In this document: positions 1 to 12,637 of the stretch, piece after piece
Numbering within the stretch: the stretch's first letter is position 1
Layout of the letters: each line of letters begins with the position of its first letter
DNA from: Massalongia carnosa
Lineage: Eukaryota
Direction of reading: 5' to 3'
Assembly: GCA_965645245.1 (NCBI GenBank)
Contig: OZ287074.1
Coordinates: 1,612,001 to 1,676,000, forward strand
DNA length: 64,000 nt
Notes under the pieces: model-generated
What the model was told of the DNA's origin: nothing
Database searches by the model: none
What the model saw: only the letters and a program-made list of their open reading frames with translations
Program-made: the position numbers and the translations under genes

Positions 1-407
1 ATAGCCAGGCTCTATTGAATCAGATGATACTAGGTCCTAGGTATTATTTTCTAAGAGACTGTTATATTCGTCATTCATTGATCGACTCTATTCTTCCGAA
101 TATGCATAATTCATGGCCTGAGGATATGTTTGTAGTTCGGCAACGTCGAGTTGAGACAGTGCATCATAGTTTTCTAGGCCTGATAATCCTTCCTTTTCTA
201 GTGTTCTGGCTAGAAGGAGTAGTAGATCTACTTCATCTCTGTCATCGGAATTATAGACGTGATTTGGCTCAGTTAATGCTTTATTTGATAGAAGAGATAA
301 TATGTGAGCTATATGAACGTGCTTTCTGGGTCTGCCTCGTCCACGTTTAGGAGATGGAATGGGAAGTATAGTGGTGACTGATTCTGACGGAATGATTATG
401 TCAGGGG

Positions 408-1778
408 CTATGATGGCATCATATGTAGGAACTTCGGTCTGGTCTTTGGAGATGGCATCTTCATAAATGCGTAAATCTTTGACCCTGATGACCCTGTAAT
501 CCTTTTCAAGAAATACCCGATAAATAGTGCATCTATCGTAGCCGCACAGAATACCACGTTGAGCTCGAGTTGAAAATTAAGCCGATTTACTGTTGATGCC
601 TTTCCGTTCTTCTTTATGAATAAGAACATAGCCAGTAGATCCCAAAACTCTTATATGGTTTAGAGATGGTGATTGTGATGCATAGAATTCGTATGGGCTT
701 TTCCCTGATAAAGCATTGGTAGGTCTAATATTCTTGACATGAACCATTGCTAGCACTATCTCTGCCCATAGATAGTCTGGAATAGCTCCCTTGATAATAG
801 TGCACCTGGTCATGTCCATGATAGTTCTGTCTGCTCGTTTAGAGACTCCGTTCTGTTCCTGAGAATACGCAGCGAAGAGTTCAAACGTTATCCCTTCTTT
901 GAGGAACCATTCATCTGTTTTTTGACTTCGAAGTTCTGTACCAAAGTCGGTGCGAAAAATGCTGATTGGTTTGATTTTTCCAGACTTGTTTTGTACCAGA
1001 CTATAATAAGTCAATAGATGAGTAAACTATTCGCTTTTCTTGAGACCTGTGTAGACATGAGTGTATCGACTAGTATCACAGGTGAAGTTAAAGAAGTAGA
1101 GTTTATTAAGAAGTCCTAGGGACTTGATGGGTCCAACAAGATCAGAGTAAACCTTCTGGAATAATTCCTCTGCCTTCTTCTGAGTTGACCTATTATATTG
1201 CTTTTTTGCCTTTCCTAGTTCACAGAAGGAACATTACCAATCATCCTTGATGTAATCCAGAAACGATACGTCTAGACCTTTCAGATATTCCCGACAGCTT
1301 GAGATATTGAGGTGACCGAGACAGGCGTGCCATGTTGTCAATTTCACCTTGCTGGACGTTTGATAAATCGCCGTCTCAGGCCATTCAAAGATATCGGCTT
1401 CTATTCTTGTAAGATGAATAGCCAGGTCTGGGGTGTGCAAGGTCTTCAGCATGAAGTTGGTATTGACTCTTGGTGCATAGCCTATGATGTCTCTAGTAGA
1501 AAGAAGAAACAGATTCCAGTGCAGATTGTCAAAGTAGACCTTATGTTGATTGAGTAATCCAAGACTGACAAGATTTATTGGACATTGTTGAATGTAAAAA
1601 ACGTTATTAAGGACGAGTATTGACGAAGGTATGTCATCTTCTGATGCTAACGTTATACGAATCATTCCCCTTCCTGGTGAAGTATCATTAGAAGTAGAGC
1701 CTGCCAGGTCTGTAGGATAGACTATGTAGTCAGCGAAAGAAAATCCGTTGTTACATACGTGTATTTCTGCGGCACCAT
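408..1778 (-). pseudogene. Copia pol remnant: protease C-terminal half, GAG-pre-integrase, integrase core
   Basis: ORF pieces 1234-1665 (NLVSLGLL, WHACLGHLN), 577-1014 (rve core, LWAE, SPYE) and 408-629 (FIGY), broken by stops and frameshifts. Confidence 0.9.
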
Positions 1779-2126
1779 TGAAGAAGGGTATTCGTGCGTG
1801 CTAATGGAAGGTAGTGGTACGTGATGATAGATGGCGAACTGAGCAGTGAACATATATACACACACACACAAACGTCTGAATAGACCTACGACTGCATAGA
1901 CATGAAAAGAACTCGACGACTGAACGACTGAACGACTGAACGACTAGTTGATGCACGAAATGAACGTGTGTCGTTGACTACGTGACACGACAATGATGAT
2001 GACAGCGTAGGTGATAGAAGATGATTTCCTGAGATGATAAAGAAAACGCCAGCAAAAAACCCGTTTTATCCCCACACAGGCCTGCCATGTCACCTGACCA
2101 TAGATGACACATGTCGCCCCACCACA
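1779..2126 (-). repeat. 3' LTR of the non-autonomous element
   Basis: TG...CA termini; >90% similar by eye to 24541-24880; contains a (CA)n run and GAACGACT tandem units. Confidence 0.85.
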
Positions 2127-4474
2127 TAGTCTCACACCCTAAAGATGCCGTCCCATGGCATCTGTCAACACTTCGCCAGCTCACCTCTCCTGACCAATCA
2201 GAACTCGTCTCTAAGCCCTCGCCTCGCCTCTAGTCTGTCCGCCTCACTAGTCTGCCCTGCGGGCCAATCACAGCTCACATGATCACGTCACATGTGAAAA
2301 ACACGACTCACATCGACCCCTATCCGCTGCTGAATAGCCTCTATCATCGTCACTATTGCCTGCCAGCCCTCGGGGGTGGACACGAACTAAATAAATCGCT
2401 GTTGACTGACTGATGGGTCTGTTGACGGTGATCCGGACGACTGCATGGAGTAAGCCTGAGGCGGAATGAATGCACCGCTCGCCCGATAGGCCTCAAATGT
2501 TGACGACGTGACCGTTTCAGGTAATGGCAATGCATCAACCGGTGGTGCAGCTGGTAGGGCTGATGATAACGACGGAGGTGCTGACGGTGCTAGTGCTGAC
2601 GCTGACTGATTAGATAGGCCGGGCCTGTCAAATGGAGTGGAACAATATGAAGCCGGAGGTGCAGGTAGTGTCCAGCGCGTACGTTTTGCGCGTCTAGCCC
2701 GTGCGTGCCTAGCTCGGTCTGACTGCCATGGCCCTAACCTATATAGAGGTAGAACGACCTCACCCGATTGGCTGACACGGTAGCACTAGCTGATGACCGT
2801 GCCAGAATTTCTTTCACTTTTGTCAGCAACTCGGTAAAAATCTCTCGACCCACGAAAGTGTGCAGCAATATTTTCGTGTTATCAGCACCTGTCAGTTGAT
2901 TTAGGGCTTCCGAAAGGGGAAGGCTGGACAGTCGACACATAGGAACTATCCAGGTGGAGGCCTACAAATATAAAAACCCTAGTGTTCGACGAGAGATAGA
3001 TGACTGAATGAGCGGCAAAGTAGACAGATATTCATCGACATTTGACGAAACGAAGGTCACTGATTGAACGAATGATGACGCTAAATGTGTTGAGCGTGCT
3101 GAACGAAAAGATGACGCTGAACGAGACTGTGATGCTGAACGAGAAGGTACTAAATAGTCGTCAATTTCGACGTAGCTGACGTCCGGCCATAGCTAGCTCC
3201 ACATTGACCTCAGAGGCTGAATGAAATGATGTTGATTTTGGCCTTTCCGGCCCCTATTTTGATGACTCAATAACTGACTTAGTGTCAGCAGACGCAGTAA
3301 CAGTAGACGCAGCGGACTCAGTGGTCGGCCTTTCCTCGGCCCGCGCTAGCTCAGTGCTAGGACCAGGTGCTGAACGCAAAATTGCTGATTTTGGCCCTTC
3401 CGGCCCACGTGTAGATGACTCAATTGCTGACTCAGTGTCAGCTGACTCGATAGCGGTGATGACAGGTGCCGAAGACACGGCAGAACAGAAAGCAGGGACG
3501 GGTGACGGCGGTACGGTAGACGGTGCAGACATGAACGGTGCAGAGATTTGCAACAATTTTCTCAGCAATTTTACCAAGAAAATTTAGAACTACAACAAGA
3601 AACACAAGTACCGCAACTTTTGATACACTATAACTTTAACAGTAAATTGAGCCTCTATTTCTCAGTCATTTGAGCTCCTCCAGAGCAAACAAGCTCTCAG
3701 ATTGAGTGTAGGAGAGCTCTAGCAAAGCTCCAGCAGAGTTTTTCTGCTGGTCGCACGCGACCGACGTGATAAAGCGCGCTCTAGAAGTTGGAAAAAACAA
3801 CAAAGACCAACAACCTCACCAAAAATCGCTCTTTTTTCTTGTTTTCTTCTGTTCTGTTGTCGCATGACCTTCAATTATTACTATAAAAATTATCTACAAA
3901 AATTATCTACTCTCGCGGGATTATACAACAACTGTCGCGACGTCAAAGTATTTTAAAGTTCATTCCTCATTTAAGGTTACGGGAACTTCCGCAAGCACAA
4001 ATTTTCATAGCATATTTCACGTATAATTTTTGCACATTCCATTTTCGGCTTTATAGATCTTCGTTGAACGGCCGGTTAACAGATCACTGAAAAGAAGGGG
4101 ACAAACGTCTGGAATAGGATTACACCAAAGGTCCTGTTTCAGATTAATCAGAATAGGAAGTCTCCTATTGTCTTACATTGCATTAAAATTTATCTTTATT
4201 GAAAAAAGCAAAAAAAAAACTTTCATTATTTTCACCTATTGTAGTGTCTGGTAAAGGGTTAAATAAGACTTACTGTCTTAGCGAGGAACGGTCTATTTTA
4301 ACCCGATTAGGATTTATTTGACGCGTTATAGTCAAATAAATAGGGATAGGAAAGAAAGAGTCATTTGACCAGTAAACAAACAGGTGTAAATTCTATTCTG
4401 ACTAGTACGTCCGGGGAAAGTCAGAATAAATTACTTGGTGGCGATAAAAGGGATATTGCAAAGGCAAAAACACT

Positions 4475-6133
4475 ATGCTCAATCGAAGATTTAACCCGAT
4501 AGGTCATAGACCAAATCGATTGATACCAACTACTCCTCCCCCAGGCCCCCCTCCACAACATCTATGGGTCCCCCCGAGTACTCCCCCGTGCCCCCCCCGA
4601 ACCGACTCCCCCACGCCATCTTCGGTAGCGATAATTGGGAGCAACCCCCTAACCGTAGAATCCACGGAGGCCATGGACCAAACGCGAGAATTTTCGTCCC
4701 CACCGTCCACACCCACCCCAAAAACGAAACCTTTTGTCGCGCCATCTGGTGAATTCAGTACCAATCTGCCCATGCCATCATTGAATTCTGATATTCGACT
4801 GAGTCCACCAATTAAACGCAACAAAAGACGAACATTTGACGAACATTCGATTGAGAGTCAAGAAGTCATCAATCGATCAAAATCGATTCAACTATTGAAT
4901 ACGGCAAAAAATGCATTATTAGAGTCATTCGTAATAGATCAAAACCCCGAAACGGCTATTGTCATCGATCACGTCAATTCTCTACTGGCAAAGAAATCGA
5001 TCAAGCCAAAAGCAACGTTAGAAATGATTGATTGGAAATTGAATAGGGTGCTAGAACTAACTAGCCAAATTCCAGAAACAAAGAGACAATCGGTTCATCC
5101 TGTACAGACAAAATCGAAGGGAAATTCAAATGGAAATTCGAATTTGACTAAAAACGTTAACCCAGAAATTCGGAGCGAAACCGCCGGAGTCCCAGGGCCG
5201 CAGGTCAACGATACAGCTAGAACATGTAGCCAAATGCTCGGAAAAGCGACTGTCAATTACGAAAATTGGACTACCGTTCCTCGATCAAAAAAAACAAACA
5301 AGAACAACAACAATAATTCGAATGCGAACAAATTCGATAATACTGACGATTTCAAGGCGATCAAATCTCGACGATTGATAATCACACCGAAAGCTCAAAT
5401 ATGCGATATCGATTCACTGTTGCTTCGAAACCAAATCAATTCGCTTTTTAAAGACGCGAGATTGACTATCGTTGTTAACACGGTCGAAAAGTCCAAAACG
5501 GGTCAAAATATCGTTCTGACTACTAGTCCTGATAACACTGCTGAAGATTTATTGAACAATAAATCAATATGGGAGCATTTATTCGCCCCACGAACAGTTC
5601 GAAAGGACGAATCGTGGTTCAAAGTCGTCGCACACGGTGTAAATATTGCAACATTTGATGAAAACATGCAATATTTGCAAGACGAAATTCAAAAGTTCAA
5701 TTCGAACATACAATTATGCGATGTTCCCAGATGGCTAGCACGTGATCGTCATAACAAGATCAAATCATCCGTTGTATTGACATTCAATGATCGAAATATG
5801 GCCTTGAACGCGTTTAAAGGAGTCAATATTGCGGGCCGACATTGTGACACGGAAATATTTAATTCCGTTCGTCCAAACACACAATGCATTAATTGTCAAA
5901 AATTTGGACACAAGCATTATCAATGCAAAAGTCAAGCGAAATGCAGTATATGTGCGCAAAACCATGAAACACGCAATCATGAATGCATAACATGCAAGTC
6001 AAAAATTGCTTGTGCACACGTCGTCGTCAAATGCGCGAATTGCAACATGAATCATCAATCCAATGATGAAAATTGTGCAATGGTTATATCGTTAAATGTT
6101 CGAAAATCGACTGACGAATTAGCCGCTTCGTAA
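4475..6133 (+). CDS. LINE-A ORF1 (gag-like, three C-terminal CCHC knuckles), 552 aa
   Basis: Open ORF; CINCQKFGHKHYQC, CSICAQNHETRNHEC, CANCNMNHQSNDENC; TAATG overlap with ORF2. Confidence 0.92.
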   Translation: MLNRRFNPIGHRPNRLIPTTPPPGPPPQHLWVPPSTPPCPPRTDSPTPSSVAIIGSNPLTVESTEAMDQTREFSSPPSTPTPKTKPFVAPSGEFSTNLPMPSLNSDIRLSPPIKRNKRRTFDEHSIESQEVINRSKSIQLLNTAKNALLESFVIDQNPETAIVIDHVNSLLAKKSIKPKATLEMIDWKLNRVLELTSQIPETKRQSVHPVQTKSKGNSNGNSNLTKNVNPEIRSETAGVPGPQVNDTARTCSQMLGKATVNYENWTTVPRSKKTNKNNNNNSNANKFDNTDDFKAIKSRRLIITPKAQICDIDSLLLRNQINSLFKDARLTIVVNTVEKSKTGQNIVLTTSPDNTAEDLLNNKSIWEHLFAPRTVRKDESWFKVVAHGVNIATFDENMQYLQDEIQKFNSNIQLCDVPRWLARDRHNKIKSSVVLTFNDRNMALNAFKGVNIAGRHCDTEIFNSVRPNTQCINCQKFGHKHYQCKSQAKCSICAQNHETRNHECITCKSKIACAHVVVKCANCNMNHQSNDENCAMVISLNVRKSTDELAAS

Positions 6134-6607
6134 TGGCAGGAAAGCATTCGTTGACAAACATCGAAAATACATAAAGTGTTAAATTTATTCAACATAATTG
6201 TGCAAAGTCAACGAATGCAATGATATCGTGTTTGGAATATGCTTTATCAAATCAAATTGATATTGTTTTGTTTCAGGACCCATGGACACGAGATCAAAAA
6301 ACAATATCACATCCGTTATTTACATGTATTATGCCAAAAATAGCGACTTATCGCTCGAGAGTAGCTATATTTGTCACAAATGGCAATTCTAAACTGCAAT
6401 GCACGCCTAGAACGGATCTTATTGACGATTCCGATATGCAAATTATTGAAATTACAATTGATGAAGTTCGAAAAGTGCAAATTTTCAATATTTATAACGA
6501 AAAAAGTCAATGTGATCGAGAAACATACACGATCGATCGACTTTTAATCCAATTACAACCTAAATCAACTGATCAATTCGTCATCTGTGGAGATTTCAAT
6601 GCACATC

Positions 6608-7092
6608 TGTAATAGGGTAGGCCTAGTATGCGTTCGTTGAACGTAAGACTGGCCTATGTGGCTATGTGGGATACGTACAGCCAAAACAACCACCAAGACA
6701 ATAAGGTCCCGCCTAACCCAGTTAGGCATAGTGTGGGGACTTAACTTATTATGGAGGTGTTTTCGTAGTACACGAAGTATCCCCTCGCCTCGCCTCACCT
6801 CCCCTAGCTCACCTGCCTAGTCTTATCTACCCGTGTCTTTCGGTGTCCGAAGTATTTCGGAGTCCGAAAATACCAGGTAGTATGGGCAAGGTATGGAAGA
6901 AGAGCTTAGGTTATGGATTGTCCTATCCTATATAGATCAATGATCAAGCACTTCAAAAGGGTAGCATTTAGTCTACCCTTTGACCCGACCCTACCTATTT
7001 TGTACCTCTATTGTGACCATCACGTTGTGTAGCCCCTGTGGATCCCATCTTCCAGTAGTGAATGCCTGCTGGGAGAAGGTCTCCCCGTTTCA
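6608..7092 (+). repeat. Gypsy-A 5' LTR
   Basis: 485 bp, about 3 differences from 12638-13123. Confidence 0.97.
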
Positions 7093-7227
7093 ATTCTAAT
7101 TGCTCTATATATCTCCGGATTAGCACGATCCGGTGGTCGCAATAAGGGTGCTGCTTTTTACCGCTTTCGCCATCCAGCACCATTTGGCCTTTCGTCGTTC
7201 AGGCCAAACTTCCTCATCGATTCTTCC

Positions 7228-8478
7228 ATGGCCACCCGCAGCCAGTCCGCTGCAATTAGGGCCTCAATGGATCCTTCTCTCCTCGGCACCTCCGGTGCTT
7301 CAGCTAATTCAGCTGATGCATCTGGTGCTCCGCCGTCTAGTGGCCCACTTCCTGTTGGCCCGCACGGCTCCGCCCATCTTTCCTCTGGCACGTCAGCTAC
7401 CACAGTGACTCTGACTGCCGAGCAATGGGCTGCTATCCAGTCTACCCTGGACCAAATCAACCAGGGCCAGGGCCGAACTCCCTCTCGGTCTGCTCGCCGA
7501 TCTCGATCGGCCCCACGATCTCCTCGGGCACCCCAGTCGCCTGAGAGGTCATCCAGGCGGAATAGTCATCATACCCGCCGGGACTCTCGCTCTCGCTCGC
7601 CCGGCCATTACCATCGCCGCCGGTCACCTTCGTGTGACTACTCAAGCCGCCGTTATGACGGCGCCTCTCGTCCCTTACTGAAGCCCAAGGTTTCTGCCAT
7701 ATACAAGGGAAGTAGTCACAAGGAGCTGCATGAGTTCGCTCGTCAGTGTCACGAGTACTTCAAAAACTGCACGGGCGCATCCCGATGATTCTTCCTCCGT
7801 CTCTTTCGCGGCTTCCTTTCTTCGCGGAGAGACTGTTGGCCATGTATGGTCAGAATACGTCCAGACATTGCCGCTTGATTACGACCCACCCTGGGCCGAA
7901 TTCTCAAAGGTCCTCTGGGATGACCTTGGCAACGAGAAGACCTTCGTGGACAAAACCTGGGAAAGTTCTTTAGTTTTGTTCAGCGCCCTGGAGACAACGT
8001 ACGCACGTTTAGCGTACAGCTTCAACAATTGTGCTCCGTTCTTCAGGAGTATGACCTTCATTTCCCCCGCGAGTCCGACATGATTCGCCGCGCTCGAAAT
8101 GCTCTGCGTCCTGAGATTAAATCAGCCCTTTACAACATGGTTGACAATGCGAGCACCTACTCGCAATTCGTCGCTCTCGCAATGCAGGCCGAGGCATCCG
8201 TTAATATGCACACCTCGACCAAGAACTCCTCACATCGCGACTCTCGTCGCGATAAGTCAAGGGATGCCTCGCAAACTCGATCGTCGAAGACTCAGGGTAA
8301 GAATCACAGACGTGGCAAGGGTAACAACAAGCCTACCGAATCTTCCGGCACCTCTGCCAACAAGACGCCTGCCACTGGCGCCAACGCAGAGCCTCCTGCC
8401 GAAGTCACCTGCTATAGATGCGGTGAAAAAGGGCATATCTCTACCCACTGCACCAATCCTCCCAAGCCAAAAAACTAG
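7228..8478 (+). pseudogene. Gypsy-A gag (two frameshifts)
   Basis: Overlapping ORFs 7228-7788, 7730-8083 and 8029-8478; CYRCGEKGHISTHC knuckle. Confidence 0.88.
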
Positions 8479-11400
8479 CTGTCGCCGGCGTTACTTCCGA
8501 ACCGGTGACTGACCCTAGGGAGGCAATTGCCAAGCATGCGCCCCGTTTGCAAAGAGAACCCTCTACGATAGACGGTTCTCGGTTGCCTACCCATGGCATG
8601 GTGTTAGCCAAATTGTCTCTTGATGATAAGCTCGAACGAACTCGCTGGTTCGAGGAGACTTTTCTAATAGCAAACGTCTCTCATGATGTTGTGTTGGGGA
8701 TGCCTTTTCTGAAACTCGGCAACCCGGACGTCCACTTCGCTGAAGGGTCTCTCACTTGGAGAGATTATTCTGTCTCGACTTCTTTGCCGACCGAAAGGCG
8801 CATTGAGTTAGTTGAGCCGGAGACCTTCGCAGAGGATGCTCGGGATGATAAGTCCGCTTGCTTTGTCGTACAAGTAGCCGCCATTCTTGATGCGTTGGAC
8901 GACGCTAGGCGCGTGAACCTACAGGCTATTTCGACTACAGAGGAGATCAAGCTCCCTGTGGAATACGCCGATTATGAAGGGGTATTCTCTGCGGAGAAAG
9001 CTGACGAGTTGCCGTCGCTGACCCCGGATGATCACAGAATCGTCCTAGAGGAGGGCAAGTCGCCTCCTCATGGGCCTATCTATAGCCTCGGTCCCACGGA
9101 GTTAGAAGCTCTAAGGGGTTATATCGAAGTCAACCTCAATAACGGGTTCATCAGACCGTCGACTTCTCCTGCGGGGGCGCCTATCCTCTTTATTAGGAAG
9201 CCCAGCGGAGGATTGCGGCTATGCGTCTACTACAGGGGTCTCAACAATATAACGATTAAAAACCGTTACCCCCTGCCGTTAGTAGGCGAGGCCCTAGATA
9301 GGCTCGGCCGAGCGAAGGAGTATACCTAGCTTGATCTCATCCATGCGTACCATAGGGTGCGAATAGCAAAGGGAGACGAGTGGAAGACTGCCTTTCGAAC
9401 TCGCTATGGCCATTCCGAATATCAGGTTATGCCCTTTGGGCTTTCCAATGCACCAGCGACGTTTCAAGCTTTGATTAACAAGGTACTCGCTGAAAAACTT
9501 GATGTTTTTTGCATTGTCTACTTAGACGATATTCTCATTTACACTGAAGAGACTGGTTCAGCGCACACTGATGCGGTTTAGTGGGTGTTTGAACAGTTAC
9601 GAAAGCACGGCCTGTATGCCAATTTGCAGAAGTGCCGTTTCAGTCAGAAAGAGGTTCGCTTTCTTGGGTATATTATTTCACCTGAATGTACTCGGATGGA
9701 GAATGATAGGATAGAGAGCGTGCGCAGCTGGCCTAGACCCCAGTGCGTTCGCGATATTCAAGTCTTTATAGGCTTTGCCAATTTTTACCGCCGGTTCATC
9801 AAAGGGTTCAGTAAGATCGCTAGGCCTTTGACCGCGATGCTGAAGACGACGGGCCCTAAGATGCCGAAATCGGACCCGTTTCTGACTGCTGAGGCGTTAG
9901 TAGCGTTCGATCAACTGAAGGGGGCCTTTGTCACGGCCCCAGTCCTCAGGCATTTCGATGCGGAGTGACATATACGCGTGGAGACTGATGCATCTGGGTA
10001 TGCCATCGGTGGGATACTATCACAAAAGGACGATGAGAGTCATTGGCATCCAGTAGCCTACTTTTCTAGGAAGATGATTCCCGCGGAGCGTGATTATGAA
10101 ACGCATGACGCGGAGTCGCTGGCCATTGTCGAGGCTTTTAGGCATTGAAGGCATTATCTCGAAGGCAGCACTCATGAAGTCCTAGTTCTCACCGACCACA
10201 ACAACCTAAAACGGTTCATGGATACCAAACGACTCGGCGGACGCCAGATCCGTTGGGCGCAGGAGCTCTCCCGGTATAACTTTCGGATTGACTATCGTCA
10301 GGGTTTCTCACAACCCCGCACACGCCTTATCTCGCCCCGCCCAGGCTGAGGCGGATGACGATGAGTTAATAGTTGAGAATAGGCAGATATTGCACCGCTT
10401 GCAGGATTCTTTGCTGTTGAACGAGCCCGTGACCATTCGGGCCTGCAAGGCATTAAGCCAACCTAAGAAGCCCCGCGAGCGTGACTACTCGCAGGGGTAT
10501 AGGAAAATGATGTTAGAGGTGATTATCTGTGGGACTGCGGTGGTCCCGGACCTCGTCAAGTCATGGGCTGTTATAAGGGCAGTCGTGGCTGAAGAGGGTC
10601 CCTACACTGCAATCGGTTCATTACTTCCACGTCTTCCTGAGTTGCTTGCGGAAGACAAGGGCGCCCAGGCTGTACGGAAGAGGCTAGCTACCTCCGAAGT
10701 TAATGCGTTTTCTGGTGTTTCGGGCGAGCCCTGGAAGGAGTCCGGGGATGTCTTATATTATGAAGGCAAGCCTTATATCCCCGAGACGTTACGAACTGAG
10801 ATAATGGCGCGCCATCATGATGACCCCTTGGCGGGGCCTTTAGGCATTGAAAAGACCCAGGAGTTGCTGACTCGGAAATACCACTGGGACACTATCAAGG
10901 TGGACGTTGAAAAGTACGTGGATGCGTGTGACGTATGCATAAGGTCGAAGTCGCAGCGGCATAAGCCGTATGGGAGTCTCCAGTCCCTGCCGATTCCCTC
11001 GCATAAGTGGAAAGACATTACGATGGACTTCGTTACAGGGCTCCCGCGCAGTTGCGACTGGCGTGGAGTAGGATATGACTCCATCCTCGTCATTGTTGAC
11101 TACCTGGCGAAGATGGTCCATTACGAAGCAGTGATGAAAACGCTGACGGCTGAAGGCCTCGCGGAAGTAATTATGGATTCGGTCGTGAGATACCATGGGC
11201 TCCCTGACTCTATAGTTACAGACCGTGGCTCCCTGTTCACATCGCAGTTCTGGCCCTCGCTGTGCTATTTTGTTAGCATTAAGAGGCGTCTCAGCACTGC
11301 TTTTCACCCACAAACTGACGGCTATACAGAGCGTCAGAATAGCACGTTGGAGGCGTACCTCCGGTCCTTTGTCTCATTCGAGCAGGACAACTGGGTGCAG

Positions 11401-12153
11401 TATCTGCCCATGGCTGAGTTCGCCTTCAAAAACTCCAAGCACTCTAGCACCGGGTTGACTCCTTTCGAGTTGAACTGCGGTTATCATCCGCGGATGAGCT
11501 ATGAGGATGAGCTGGAGCCCCGTTCGCGGTCTAGGGCGGCGGGGGCTGAGGTCGCGGAACTTAAAGAGCTTCTGGACCTGTGCAAGGCAAACCTTAGAGG
11601 TGCACAAGAGTCTCAAGCTCGCTACCATAACAAGGCTACAAAGGATCGTGTGTACAGCCCCGGCGAGTCAGTTTGGTTGGATGGCAAGCACTTTAACACG
11701 AAGAGGAATAGGAAGCTTGGACACAAGTTCCTAGGTCCATTCATGGTTATTGAGCCGATTGGCAAGCAAGCCTATCGCATCCAACTGCCGCCGCGTTGGC
11801 GAATCCACGATGTCTTTCATGTGTCTCTTCTGGAGAAGAATGGCACTAAGAAGGGGGGAGTCGATAAAGAATTAGCGGAGCAGATAGAGTTCAATGAAAA
11901 TGAACCAAAGGAGTACGAGGTCGAGAGTATTCAAGATTCGGCTGTCTATGCTAGGGAGTCGGAGGACGGGAGACCTGTAGGGCTTTATTATCTGATCCAT
12001 TGGAAAGGATACCCTGAGTCTGAGGATAGCTGGGAACCGTATGCGGCCATCAAGCATTTACGCAAGATGGTGAGGTTATTCCATAGGATAATCCTTCAAA
12101 ATCCACCGCAAGCGGAACCCCAGTCGATTCAGGTCCTCCACGTCCTCCTCTAG
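8469..12153 (+). pseudogene. Gypsy-A pol (truncated protease, RT, RNase H, integrase, chromodomain), disrupted
   Basis: YLDD, ETDAS, HHCC, DRGSLF, GPF and chromodomain (EYEVESI...HWKGY); in-frame stops near 9327, 9579, 9966 and 10146 plus frameshifts. Confidence 0.92.
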
Positions 12154-12637
12154 CGAAGAAATCGACGTACTCCGCGCTGCAGCCGGACTCCCCGCCTGGC
12201 CCTGTCGATGAGGCTTTGCCTTTAACCTCGCAAGTGGGGGTCGACTTGGTAACACCGCTGCGTCTAGGACGTCCCACGAGGGGTCGTCGGCAGTTATGTA
12301 TAGATGACGCTGGCGCGGCTGGGACGGTCCATACGCGCAAGAAGCCGCGAGTCTGGTCCTAAGGGACAGGCGAAGAAGTCCAATGCTGCGGCATTGGCAG
12401 TGAGTATGTAAGTCGGTGCCTAATGGCCGGAAGGGGCTGCATACTCACAAGGGGACCGTCGGCGCAGTGGATCATTCGGCTAGGCCGTACCTGTCATGAC
12501 AGCGATGCCTTTTTGCCTCTGTCCCAAAGGGTCAGAGGGTTTTTATGGAGTTGTCTAGGTACGCACCCTAGGTCGTCATGAGGCTATCTTTTGCAGTGCA
12601 TGTCTCGGATGGGACTCGACCATAGGAGGGAGGCAGT

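Noticed and set aside
15..350. 111-aa plus-strand ORF
   Set aside because: Antisense to the decayed Copia pol; TTG start, no motifs.
6565..6798. Recurrent ORF MRRGEGILRVLRK... (also 12568-12828 and 42954-43184)
   Set aside because: Antisense reading of three copies of the Gypsy-A LTR; GTG start, and each stop lies in different flanking DNA.
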